A stretch of DNA of 64,000 nucleotides from an uncultured Rickettsiales bacterium (GTDB lineage: Bacteria; Myxococcota_A; UBA796; UBA9615; CAYRNR01). Both the position numbers and the translations under genes were made by a program. The notes below the pieces were generated by a model. That model did no database searches, was not told the DNA's origin, and saw only the letters and a program-made list of their open reading frames with translations. Positions 46,035-54,675 of the stretch are shown here, piece after piece; positions within the stretch are counted from its first letter, which is position 1; each line of letters begins with the position of its first letter. The DNA lies in the NCBI GenBank assembly GCA_964504165.1, contig CAZDDH010000006.1, forward strand, positions 4,235 to 68,234. The letters are read 5' to 3'.

Positions 46035-46541
46035 ATGAATCTCCCGATTATCGAGAAGATCCAGGAACATGCCCGCAAGGCCGAAGACGCAACCAAGGAG
46101 CGTATGGAAAGGACGCGCGACCAGATCAAAGAGATCCAGAACAAGGGTCAGGAACTGGTCAGCAAGAGCAACGAGACCATCCGCCAGCGTGCCACTCGGT
46201 CCCGCAAGAACATCACTCGCGCCGAGGCGCAGGCACTGGACACCATCGGTGCCTGGCTCGACCGCCTGAACGAGGTAACCGGAGAGAAGGCGGAGTTCAT
46301 CGACAAGGGCCGCCAGTTCATCGACCAGGTTTCCCGTGACGTGCGCATGGGCAACCTGACCATGGAAGATCTTCCCATCGGGGACTACGACAGCCTCGGC
46401 GTCAAGAAGATCGCAGCGGCCCTCAAGGAGTTGCCGCCTGACCAGCGCGAGATGGTCCGCGTCTACGAGCAGGCGCACAAAAACCGCGTGTCGGTGGGGC
46501 GTGCCATCGACCGGCTGGCCAAGGCCGAAGCGCAGGCCTAG
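46035..46541 (+). CDS. α-Helical hypothetical protein (168 aa) with a C-terminal helix-hairpin-helix-like segment
   Basis: GGAGAGGG RBS. Lys/Glu/Arg-rich coiled coil. ...DYDSLGVKKIAAALKELPPDQ... Confidence 0.6.
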   Translation: MNLPIIEKIQEHARKAEDATKERMERTRDQIKEIQNKGQELVSKSNETIRQRATRSRKNITRAEAQALDTIGAWLDRLNEVTGEKAEFIDKGRQFIDQVSRDVRMGNLTMEDLPIGDYDSLGVKKIAAALKELPPDQREMVRVYEQAHKNRVSVGRAIDRLAKAEAQA

Positions 46542-46561
46542 ACCAGTCGCCAACCGTTCCA

Positions 46562-46593
46562 GGGCAGCGGGAAATCCCCGCTGCCCTTTTTTT
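46562..46593 (+). terminator. Rho-independent terminator
   Basis: GGGCAGCGGG-aaat-CCCCGCTGCCC hairpin followed by TTTTTTT. It lies 21 nt after the stop at 46541. Confidence 0.75.
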
Positions 46594-46643
46594 GTTCACC
46601 ATCGTTCGCGGTACACTTGCGCCACCGAATTGCGAGGAGCCCC

Positions 46644-47618
46644 ATGCCAGCGTTCAGACGACCCCGACTGGGGCATAACGTGCACCGCCTGATCTGCCGT
46701 CCGATGCGCCGTGATCTGTTTTCGCGTTTTCGCTACAGCGCGCCACTGGCCGACGATCAAGTGCAGGTTACCTGGCTCGGGACAGCAGGTTTCCGAGTGG
46801 AGTACGGTGGCCATACCCTGCTGCTGGATCCCTACCTGAGCCGGCCGGGACTCCGTAAGACTCTGGCGGGGCCTCTGGTTCCGGATGTGGAGGCCATCCG
46901 TCGCCACGCTCCCAGGGCGGACGTCATCGTCGCGGGGCATTCGCACAGTGATCACATCCTCGATATTCCCGAGATCGCCCGCCTCACCGGTGCCCGAGTG
47001 CTGGGGTCGGACTCCACCAGTAACCTCTGCCGGGGGTATGGGCTACCTGCGAGTCAGATCCTGGAGGTCGAGGCGGACCAGGCCGTCGAGGCCGGGCCGT
47101 TCCGGATCACCATCAAGCCATCCCTCCACGGCAAGGCGATCCGGGGGCGCGTACCGCTGGTGGGCAAGATCCCCCAGGGCGCACATCCCCCGTTGCGCTT
47201 CCAGGAATACCTCAACGATACGACCTTCGGGATCGTCGTGGAGTGCCGCGACGAAAACCTGCCCGGGCAGGGCCTGACCCTGTTCCATCTGGGCAGCGCG
47301 GATTACTACCCCGAGACCATCGAGGGGCAACGCGCGGACGTGCTGCTGCCTTGCCTGATGGGCCGGGAACACCACGCGGGATTCGTCCACGGCCTGCTGG
47401 AGCAGCTCAGGCCCCGGGTGGTCATTCCCTGCCACTTCGATGATTTCTTCGTGCCGATGGAACGGCCCATCCGCGAGCTACCCGGGGCCGACCTCGAGGG
47501 ATTCCGCCAGGACGTGTTGCGCAACAGCGTGAACACCCGCCTGGTGATCCTCGACAAGCTAGGGTGTTTCCGTTTCGGTTTCGACGATCCAGCCTTGCCC
47601 GAACGCAACTGGGCCTGA
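46644..47618 (+). CDS. MBL-fold metallo-hydrolase
   Basis: HxHxDH motif (VAGHSHSDH) and downstream His/Asp ligands. ATG at 46644 with GAGGAG 4 nt upstream. The frame is open from a TTG at 46617. Confidence 0.72.
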   Translation: MPAFRRPRLGHNVHRLICRPMRRDLFSRFRYSAPLADDQVQVTWLGTAGFRVEYGGHTLLLDPYLSRPGLRKTLAGPLVPDVEAIRRHAPRADVIVAGHSHSDHILDIPEIARLTGARVLGSDSTSNLCRGYGLPASQILEVEADQAVEAGPFRITIKPSLHGKAIRGRVPLVGKIPQGAHPPLRFQEYLNDTTFGIVVECRDENLPGQGLTLFHLGSADYYPETIEGQRADVLLPCLMGREHHAGFVHGLLEQLRPRVVIPCHFDDFFVPMERPIRELPGADLEGFRQDVLRNSVNTRLVILDKLGCFRFGFDDPALPERNWA

Positions 47619-47629
47619 TTCCATCGGAA

Positions 47630-48460
47630 TCAAGGGAGCTGGAGTTGCTCCACCTTGGAGCCGTCAGGGGCCGCCGGCGGGGGGCGGTCGGTGCCGAAGT
47701 GCTGGTCGATATTGGCCGCGCGCTTTTCGACCTCGCGTACCAGCTTCACGAGCCCGCCGGGGCCAAATTCGTTGACGAGCCAGGACGGGATCTTGCCGCC
47801 GATGTCGCTGAGATCCTGGTATGCGATGAAGCAGCGGCCATCGGGCAAGTCGATGAGCAGCCAGCAGCCGTCGTTGCGGGGAGTGACCACGGCCGCATCG
47901 ATCTCGTCGGAGGTGATCTTCTCGATGACGCCCTGTTCGGCGTAGGCCTCGATCAGGCTTTGCGCGTCCGGCTCGAGCTCCCAATAGGATTCCCACACGG
48001 TGTGGCCGGAGGTGGCCCATAGCGGGCCGTTGGTGCGGGTACGGATGATCCAGTGGCGGTCCTTGACGGCCGGCAGGGAGAGGTACTGGTACACGAGCCG
48101 GGAGTGCCCGAAATCGTCCAGGCACACACCCTCCCTGATGTGGGGCATGAACTCCTCGTGGTGATCCCGGTCGCAGATGGCCAGCCAGATCTGCCACGCC
48201 TGGACCTCGGCCACGTGGAATACGGTGGCCCCCAGCGTGTCGGTGCCTTCCATGGTCTGCTGCATGATCACCGGCTCGCCGGATGCCAGGCGGACAAAAT
48301 CCGACTCCGAGAGTTGGGGTAGGGTTCCCCCTTGGCGCTCGGTCAGGGTGGCCTCCAGGGATTCCAGATGAGCGGCCAGCCCGGCTCCGTCGAGAGGATC
48401 GGCTGCCCGGGCGTGCGGGGCCCACAGAAGGGCACCGACCAGCAGCAGGAGCGGCCTCAT
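47630..48460 (-). CDS. Secreted protein with a START/SRPBCC-like lipid-binding fold (tentative)
   Basis: Signal peptide MRPLLLLVGALLWAPHARA. β-rich domain with Trp/Tyr-rich strands. Start overlaps the upstream HEAT-protein stop (ATGA). Confidence 0.55.
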   Translation of the reverse strand: MRPLLLLVGALLWAPHARAADPLDGAGLAAHLESLEATLTERQGGTLPQLSESDFVRLASGEPVIMQQTMEGTDTLGATVFHVAEVQAWQIWLAICDRDHHEEFMPHIREGVCLDDFGHSRLVYQYLSLPAVKDRHWIIRTRTNGPLWATSGHTVWESYWELEPDAQSLIEAYAEQGVIEKITSDEIDAAVVTPRNDGCWLLIDLPDGRCFIAYQDLSDIGGKIPSWLVNEFGPGGLVKLVREVEKRAANIDQHFGTDRPPPAAPDGSKVEQLQLP

Positions 48461-50781
48461 GATTCCCAGGGCGGCTTCTCGGATGAGGGCAGCTGGGCCG
48501 GCGGCGCAGCCGGTGCCGCCGATCGGGGCGATGGGGTGACCCCCTCGCCTGCGGTGCGGACCTGCTCGGATGGATCGAGGGGTAGATCCCTCAGCGCCTT
48601 CTGCGCCTCCGGATCGTCCCGACGCCGCAACTCCTGGACCGCGGCCGCGCGCAGCTCATCCGGGTAGAACGGTTTGCGCCCGATGAGGCCCCGCTTTCGG
48701 TTGAGGACCTGGTCCAGGGCTTCGATGACGGCCTTGCCGGGTAAGGACGAGAGCCGCTCAACCGCAGCCAACCGGACGGCCAGCACCGGGGATTCGTCGG
48801 CCACCTGCATCAGGAATTGCAGGACGTTGAATTCCGGATCGTAACGGAAGGCCGTGACGATGGCTTCCAGGGCATCCGGTGTATCCAGCTCGACGCCCTC
48901 GGCAACCGATCTCAGCACCCGGCGGGCTGCCGGAGTGTCCATCTCCGCGCAGGCCACGATGGCCTCTTGGCGCACGCGCGGATCCTCGTTGTCCAAGAAG
49001 CGGGCGATCCAGTCCAGGAATCGGTCATCCCCGATCTTTCGGATCACCAGCAGGAGGTTACGGACGTAGTACCAAGGGTGGTCGTCCGCGTGTTCGATCT
49101 CCAGCAGGATCGAACGGAAGGTCCTGTTGAACGCGCCGCGCGTGATGGAGTGTTCCTGGGACAACAGGCGGGCCACGATGTCCACGATGGAGAGCCTGAT
49201 CCGCGGATTCTGGGAGCGCTTGAGTTCGGCCAGCAGCAGGTCGCCGACGTTGGGGCCCAGGTGCATGAGGATATCGTTGGAGCGCCGCGAGATCGGTACA
49301 TCCGCGTCGATGCAGCCCAGCAGCAACCGGTCGACCAGCTCGGGACGGCACAACCAGCGCAACAGCTGGTTGGCCCGCGACCGGATGATCAGGGGCGTGC
49401 GCTGGGACATGCGCATGTGGTCGACCACCTTGAGGGACGACAACGCCGGCTCCAGATCCCCATCGGCGATCCGTCCGGGAATGAGCGTCTCGAGGGCCTC
49501 GCAGATGAGCATGAACAGGTCCGGATCGTCGGTCTTCGAGCTGCGGAAGGCCAGTTCCTGGACGACGCGGCTCGCCAGCTGATCCGCGTGGACCAGGCCC
49601 TTGAGGGTCTGCTCGCGGAGGCCCTTGTTCTGGGGGAGGGGATAGGCGAGGAATCGGGCGATGACATCCGGGGGAAGATCCAGCACCAGCGAAGCCATGC
49701 GCTGGGTGAAGATCATCGTCTCCTGGGGATCCCCCAGCTGACTGATAGCCGTCGAGTACCGGCCGACCAGCTCGCGTAGCACCGTGTGGCGCGTGGCGGA
49801 ATCCTGGCCCTCCAGGGCCACCTCCAGATAGGTACGGACAAAGGTGTCGAACTTGCGGAAACCGGCACCCGAGGCGTAGCCGACGAAGTGCCGTGATGCC
49901 AGCAGGTTGACCGGATCCCAGCGCGCCAGATCGGGATCGTCCTCGAGCATCGAGAAGTCGTACCGCACCGTGTCGAGCTGGGAACCCCGGAGTTTCCAGA
50001 AGGGAAAGCCCTCGGGGAACACGTCGTATTTGACTCCGGTGAAATCCATCTCGCCCAGGTCGACGGAGTTGAAATCGAAGCTGGCGAAATCGATCTTGCT
50101 GACATCGACGTCAGCCGCACCCACGTCGGTGAGCTCCACGGAATCGGTCGCACCGAGCTCGGGCACGGGATAGGAACCCGAGATGGAGGCATCGCCGGTG
50201 GAATGGAAGATGTCCAGCCTGCTGCTGACCACGCTTTCGCCGACGTCACCCCCGCCCATGGTGGTACGGACGATGGCGAAGTTCACCGCGATATGCTGGA
50301 TGGACCGCGATTTCAGCACATCGGCAAGATCGACGGGAGCGTTGGCATTGTCGGGTAGCTTGTACAGCAACCCGCAGAACCCGACGAGTTCGGTCCGGTT
50401 GAGCTGGGGCATGAATCCCAAGCTGGTGATTCCCCTCGTCCGCAGGAACGTGGAGGTCATCACCGCGTAGTCCATGGTCTCCCCCGGTACCGTGGGGACA
50501 CAGCCGTTGACCTGCATGTACTGATCGGTGGACTGGAGGATCAGCGGCTTGCCGTGGGCGTGGAACGGCTTGAGCTCGTTCAGCCATTGCTGCGCAGCAT
50601 CCAAGACCACCGGATGGTCAGGCGTATAGAGCCGCATGTTCAGCAGCAGGTTCCTGAACGACCTCAAGACGGACCCCACCTGTTTGGGCGGGGGAACCAT
50701 CACCTCGGATAGGTCGAAACGTCTGGTTTCTGGAGTCTTTTTGGACACAGCTATCCACTCCTCATCGGAATGCTGGCCCAT
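48457..50781 (-). CDS. Large cytoplasmic HEAT/PBS-lyase-repeat protein (774 aa), hypothetical
   Basis: C-terminal HEAT-like repeats (..DPRVRQEAIVACAEM.., ..NPRIRLSIVDIVARL..). No signal peptide or TM. Confidence 0.72.
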   Translation of the reverse strand: MGQHSDEEWIAVSKKTPETRRFDLSEVMVPPPKQVGSVLRSFRNLLLNMRLYTPDHPVVLDAAQQWLNELKPFHAHGKPLILQSTDQYMQVNGCVPTVPGETMDYAVMTSTFLRTRGITSLGFMPQLNRTELVGFCGLLYKLPDNANAPVDLADVLKSRSIQHIAVNFAIVRTTMGGGDVGESVVSSRLDIFHSTGDASISGSYPVPELGATDSVELTDVGAADVDVSKIDFASFDFNSVDLGEMDFTGVKYDVFPEGFPFWKLRGSQLDTVRYDFSMLEDDPDLARWDPVNLLASRHFVGYASGAGFRKFDTFVRTYLEVALEGQDSATRHTVLRELVGRYSTAISQLGDPQETMIFTQRMASLVLDLPPDVIARFLAYPLPQNKGLREQTLKGLVHADQLASRVVQELAFRSSKTDDPDLFMLICEALETLIPGRIADGDLEPALSSLKVVDHMRMSQRTPLIIRSRANQLLRWLCRPELVDRLLLGCIDADVPISRRSNDILMHLGPNVGDLLLAELKRSQNPRIRLSIVDIVARLLSQEHSITRGAFNRTFRSILLEIEHADDHPWYYVRNLLLVIRKIGDDRFLDWIARFLDNEDPRVRQEAIVACAEMDTPAARRVLRSVAEGVELDTPDALEAIVTAFRYDPEFNVLQFLMQVADESPVLAVRLAAVERLSSLPGKAVIEALDQVLNRKRGLIGRKPFYPDELRAAAVQELRRRDDPEAQKALRDLPLDPSEQVRTAGEGVTPSPRSAAPAAPPAQLPSSEKPPWES

Positions 50782-50893
50782 TGTATACGCTCACTCGGTG
50801 TACACAACTGTAACGCTCATTTACGTACGCGCGGGATTCTGGTTAGCTTCGGGCGCGGGGTCGGTTCCGGCCGCCGCGCCACGGGAGGTAGGA

Positions 50894-52252
50894 ATGACGG
50901 CACCGAAGTGGCTGCAGGAAGTGGACTGGGAGCAGGTTCAGGCCGAGGCGCTGGATTTCTTGCAGCGCCTGCTTCGCATCGACACGACGAATCCTCCAGG
51001 CAATGAACTGGCCGCTTGCCAGCTGATCGCGGAGGTGCTCGAAGAGGAAGGTATTCCCCACGAACTTTTCGAAGTGGCCCCCGGGAGAGCCAACCTCGTC
51101 GCGCGCATCGAGGGCGACGGTGGAGGCGAGCCGGTCCTGCTGTCGGCCCACCTGGATGTGGTCGAGGCGGACGACGAGGCGTGGACCTATCCGCCCTTTG
51201 GCGGCGAGATCCACGAGGGCTGTGTGTGGGGCCGCGGTGCCATCGACATGAAGAACATGGCTGCCATGGAACTCGCGTGCGTGCTCGCCGTGAAGCGGCA
51301 CGTGGGATCGAAGATCGGACGCGACCTGATCTTCGCTGCGGTCGCTGACGAAGAGGCCGGTTGTGAGCTGGGCTCCCTGTGGCTGGCCCGTCACCATCCC
51401 CAGAAGGTGCGCGCGGGTATCGCCATCGGTGAGGTGGGAGGATTCACGGTCCATGTCGGTGACACGCGCATCGTGCCGGTGCAGGTAGCCGAGAAGGGTG
51501 TGTGCTGGCTCAAGATCACCGCAAGCGGCGAGGGCGGTCACGGATCGATGCCGATCGGCGACAGCGCCATCGGACGGATCGGTGAAGCGGCACAGCGCCT
51601 GGCCCGCACCGATCTACCCATGCATGTCACACCGGTCGTGCGACATTTTGTCGAACAGCTCGCATCGCACCAGCCGGCGGTGAAAGGAATCGTGCTGAAA
51701 CGGTTGCTACAACCCTGGAGCAGCGACTGGATCCTCGACCATGTCATCCCAGACGCCGAGCAAGCGCAGCTGTTCCGGGTACTGTTGCGGAATACGGCCG
51801 CGCCGACCGTGCTCCAGGCGGGATCCAAGGTCAACGTGATCCCGACGGCGGCCGAACTCAAGGTGGATGGCCGCACACTCCCGGGACAGGACGATGAGGC
51901 CTTTCTCGCCGAGGTTCGTGCCGTCATCGGCGAGGGGTTCGAGGTCGAGATCGAGCGATCCTTGCCGCCGGTCGAAGGGCGCGTCGATGATCCGGTGCTC
52001 GCCGTGATCCAGGAGGTCATCGACCAGCTAGATCCTGGCGCCGTCGTCATCCCCAACACGATTACCGGATTCACCGATGCCAAGGCCTGGTCATCGTTGG
52101 GCAGCCGCTGTATCGGATTTTCGCCGATCCGGCTCGGGCCCGAACTTCCGTTCAAGAAGATGTTCCACGGTGTGGACGAACGCATCCCCGTGGACGGATT
52201 CCAGTTTGGTGTGCGGGCTCTGGTCGAGACGGTGGCGCGGATTCTGGACTGA
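50894..52252 (+). CDS. M20-family metallopeptidase/deacylase (ArgE/DapE/CPG2-like)
   Basis: Metal ligands HLDVV, DMK, ADEE(AG), a dimerisation domain and a C-terminal His. GGGAGG RBS before the ATG at 50894. Confidence 0.88.
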   Translation: MTAPKWLQEVDWEQVQAEALDFLQRLLRIDTTNPPGNELAACQLIAEVLEEEGIPHELFEVAPGRANLVARIEGDGGGEPVLLSAHLDVVEADDEAWTYPPFGGEIHEGCVWGRGAIDMKNMAAMELACVLAVKRHVGSKIGRDLIFAAVADEEAGCELGSLWLARHHPQKVRAGIAIGEVGGFTVHVGDTRIVPVQVAEKGVCWLKITASGEGGHGSMPIGDSAIGRIGEAAQRLARTDLPMHVTPVVRHFVEQLASHQPAVKGIVLKRLLQPWSSDWILDHVIPDAEQAQLFRVLLRNTAAPTVLQAGSKVNVIPTAAELKVDGRTLPGQDDEAFLAEVRAVIGEGFEVEIERSLPPVEGRVDDPVLAVIQEVIDQLDPGAVVIPNTITGFTDAKAWSSLGSRCIGFSPIRLGPELPFKKMFHGVDERIPVDGFQFGVRALVETVARILD

Positions 52253-52254
52253 CT

Positions 52255-52983
52255 CTACTTCTTCTTGGCGGGCGCCTTCTTGGCCTTGGGCGCGGCCTTC
52301 TTCTTGGCGGCGGGCTTCTTGGCCGCAGGCTTCTTGGCCTTGGGCGCGGCCTTCTTCTTGGCGGCGGGCTTCTTGGCAGCGGCTTTCGGCGCGGCCTTCG
52401 GCGCGGCCTTCGGCGTGGCCTTCTTACGCCGGATCTCCTTGCCGTCGCGTACGGTGGCCACAATCTCGTCACCGTCCACCTTCACGGTCACGGCATCGCC
52501 AGCGTAGCGCTTGTCCAGCTTGACCTTGGCACCATTCACCAGGATCAGGCCGTCCGGATCCACGAATCCTTCGAGACGCCCGCGGCGCCACGCCTGGTAG
52601 TGCTTGGGGCAGAACCCCTTGGACCGGACCGCAACGTCACAACCATCCACCCTGCAGATGGGCGGGGGGCCGACGCGGGGCGGACGGCCACGGCGCTTGC
52701 CCGTCTTGGTCGTCGCCTTGGCCGGCGGCGTCGCGACAGGAGTTGGTGCCGGCGGGGCCGCCGTAGTCTCACTGGCCTTGGCCAGCTGGTCGGTCAACTC
52801 TTTGATGGTCTCGTCCATCCGCTCGAGCCGGTTCTTCAGGTCCCGGATCTCGGAGCGGGTCGGCAAACCCTTCCGGTCGAGGATCTCGTAGACGATGTCC
52901 TCGACCGGAGTCTGCAGCAGCGGAGTCAGGCGTTCGGCCAGGTTGGCCAAGAAGAAATTCGATACGGTGCTCATGGCTGGCAT
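52255..52983 (-). CDS. PhaF-like protein: phasin-type N-terminal helix + Cys4/His zinc-ribbon + small β (KOW/S4-like) domain + histone-H1-like Ala/Lys/Pro repeat tail
   Basis: N-terminus LAERLTPLLQTPVEDIVYEILDRKGLPTRSEIRDLKNRLERMDETIKEL (PHA-granule-associated family signature). ICRVDGCDVAVRSKGFCPKHYQAWRRG zinc-ribbon. Tail KKATPKAAPKAAPKAAAKKPAAKKKAAPKAKKPAAKKPAAKKKAAPKAKKAPAKKK. Confidence 0.72.
   Translation of the reverse strand: MPAMSTVSNFFLANLAERLTPLLQTPVEDIVYEILDRKGLPTRSEIRDLKNRLERMDETIKELTDQLAKASETTAAPPAPTPVATPPAKATTKTGKRRGRPPRVGPPPICRVDGCDVAVRSKGFCPKHYQAWRRGRLEGFVDPDGLILVNGAKVKLDKRYAGDAVTVKVDGDEIVATVRDGKEIRRKKATPKAAPKAAPKAAAKKPAAKKKAAPKAKKPAAKKPAAKKKAAPKAKKAPAKKK
52276..52383 (-). 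repeat. In-frame 54-bp tandem duplication (2 copies, ~94% identical) encoding the AKP histone-like tail
   Basis: cttcttggccttgggcgcggccttcttcttggcggcgggcttcttggc(c/a)gc(a/g)gg at 52276-52329 and 52330-52383. Confidence 0.7.
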
Positions 52984-52998
52984 CTCCCTATCACAAGA

Positions 52999-53256
52999 TT
53001 AGCGGCGGTCTCCTGTCACCTGTATTCTCGATATTCGCGGCCCGCTGTTCTGCTTCAGCTGGTCAATCTCGTCCCGTACCGACTCCAACAAACGTTCCTG
53101 CTCACCGGTACGCGACAGGACTTTTTGGAATTCGGTGCGAGACGGAATTTCCTTGCGCTCGATGACCTCGAGTACGACGTCTTCGGCAGTTCTCTGCAGC
53201 AGCGGCATCAGGCGCTCCCGCAAGGATCGGAGTATGAGGTCAGAAAGCGGGCCCAT
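52999..53256 (-). CDS. PhaI-like short phasin-type protein (85 aa), paralog of the N-terminus of the adjacent PhaF-like gene
   Basis: LRERLMPLLQRTAEDVVLEVIERKEIPSRTEFQKVLSRTGEQERLLESVRDEI aligns with the N-terminus of 52255..52983. Confidence 0.6.
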   Translation of the reverse strand: MGPLSDLILRSLRERLMPLLQRTAEDVVLEVIERKEIPSRTEFQKVLSRTGEQERLLESVRDEIDQLKQNSGPRISRIQVTGDRR

Positions 53257-53415
53257 CCAACTCCTCCGGACCGACGGAGCAAGAAACTCCGTTTGGGCAA
53301 CAATCCTGGAAAGCTACCGGCCGTTAGGATCAGCTGTCAAGAAAATCCACCGAAACCATGAATAAAACAAAGGACTTGCCGCGCTGTCACAGCTGTATGC
53401 GTCTCGGCGGGTGTT

Positions 53416-53925
53416 TCACGGTGACGGTCGGCCGTACAGTGCATCTGCCTCGGCACGCATATCCACGACCAATTGTTGTAGTTCCGTGACCTGTGATGAC
53501 AGTTCCGTGGCCCCGGAAGCGATCTGTTCGGCGGACTCCAACAGCTGCGTCACAGCTTGTGGATCGCGTGGGTTGACCGTTTCGTTGCGACCGGTCATGG
53601 ACTCGGCCACGGTTTCCATCTGCTGGGCTCCGTTCCCCGTGGCCGCAGCCAGCGTCCGGCAGCGAGTTGCACGGATCTCGAGGTCTGCGGCGATGGCTTG
53701 GGTGTCACCGGCATCGATCAACGCCTGCACCTCAGCAGAAACCTGCGTTCCCTCGGGAGGGGCATTTGCGTCCGTTTCCTTGTCATCAACGGTGCCGGAC
53801 GGTTCCGCCGTAGGTGGTTCGGTGCCCGGCTCGGGGCTGCCACAACGGCAACCTAGCGCGAGCAGCGGGAGCAGCATGAGGAGGCAAAATATGGGCAATC
53901 CAGGCAGGAATTCATGGTGTTTCAT
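53416..53925 (-). CDS. Lipoprotein, hypothetical (169 aa)
   Basis: Signal peptide and lipobox LPLLALGC. Thr/Glu/Ala-rich α-helical mature part. Confidence 0.6.
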   Translation of the reverse strand: MKHHEFLPGLPIFCLLMLLPLLALGCRCGSPEPGTEPPTAEPSGTVDDKETDANAPPEGTQVSAEVQALIDAGDTQAIAADLEIRATRCRTLAAATGNGAQQMETVAESMTGRNETVNPRDPQAVTQLLESAEQIASGATELSSQVTELQQLVVDMRAEADALYGRPSP

Positions 53926-54048
53926 AGGCTGGACGATAGCGACCCATCGTCGAAAAAATCAAGCAAAGGTATGATTCGGTTCATACTCGTGCACTCGCGC
54001 GACGACACCGGGGGTTCCGGCCCCGGAGATGGTTTGGGTGGAGGTCTC

Positions 54049-54675
54049 ATGGCGCTGGACGTTGCGGAAGAAATCCTCGACCGCCTGGAACAACGGGTGG
54101 TCGAAGTGGAAGAGGGAACCACGGCGGAGGTCGTGGTCGTGATCGCCCACCGATCGGGTTCCTACAGAGACGCGGCGGCGCTGTGGGGAGTCGGCGTGGG
54201 GTTGTCCGCATTGCTACTACTGATGGTGGTTCCTGTCGGGTTCTGGGAAGGCACGGTGATGGCTTTGACACTGGTCGCAGGGTTGGCCGGCAGCGCCATT
54301 GCGGCCCGTCAGCCTTTCCTGCTACGCCTGCTGTCGTCGCGTGCGCGTCAGCGCGGAAACGTACGCCGGCGAGCACGGGCAGCGTTCTTCGATGAAGCCG
54401 TCTCGGCGACCCGTGAACGGACCGGACTGCTCGTTTTCTATTCTCTCCTGGAGGACACCGTGGAAGTACTCACCGACCACGGGCTGGACGCGAGGATCGC
54501 CAAGGGCACCTGGAACACGATCGTCGCGGAGGCGACGGAAGTGGCAGGGCCAGGACGATGGGAGCACAACATCGACGAGTTGTTAGCCCGCTGTACGCCC
54601 ATTCTCGCCGAGCGCTTCCCCTGTACCGAAGACAACCCAAACGAGATTTCGAACCGTCCGAGGGTATTGCTGTGA
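54049..54675 (+). CDS. Membrane protein, hypothetical (2 TM). Start uncertain; in-frame alternatives are ATG 53971 and GTG 53914.
   Basis: ATG at 54049 is preceded by GGAGG 4 nt upstream. TM helices AALWGVGVGLSALLLLMVVPVGF and ALTLVAGLAGSAIAA. Stop overlaps the next gene's GTG (GTGA). Confidence 0.45.
   Translation: MALDVAEEILDRLEQRVVEVEEGTTAEVVVVIAHRSGSYRDAAALWGVGVGLSALLLLMVVPVGFWEGTVMALTLVAGLAGSAIAARQPFLLRLLSSRARQRGNVRRRARAAFFDEAVSATRERTGLLVFYSLLEDTVEVLTDHGLDARIAKGTWNTIVAEATEVAGPGRWEHNIDELLARCTPILAERFPCTEDNPNEISNRPRVLL

Noticed and set aside
46035-46541. Calling 46035..46541 a third phasin.
   Set aside because: Only generic amphipathic-helix character. It lacks the LPTR(S/A)E…L…R…LE signature shared by the two phasin-like genes at 52255-53256.
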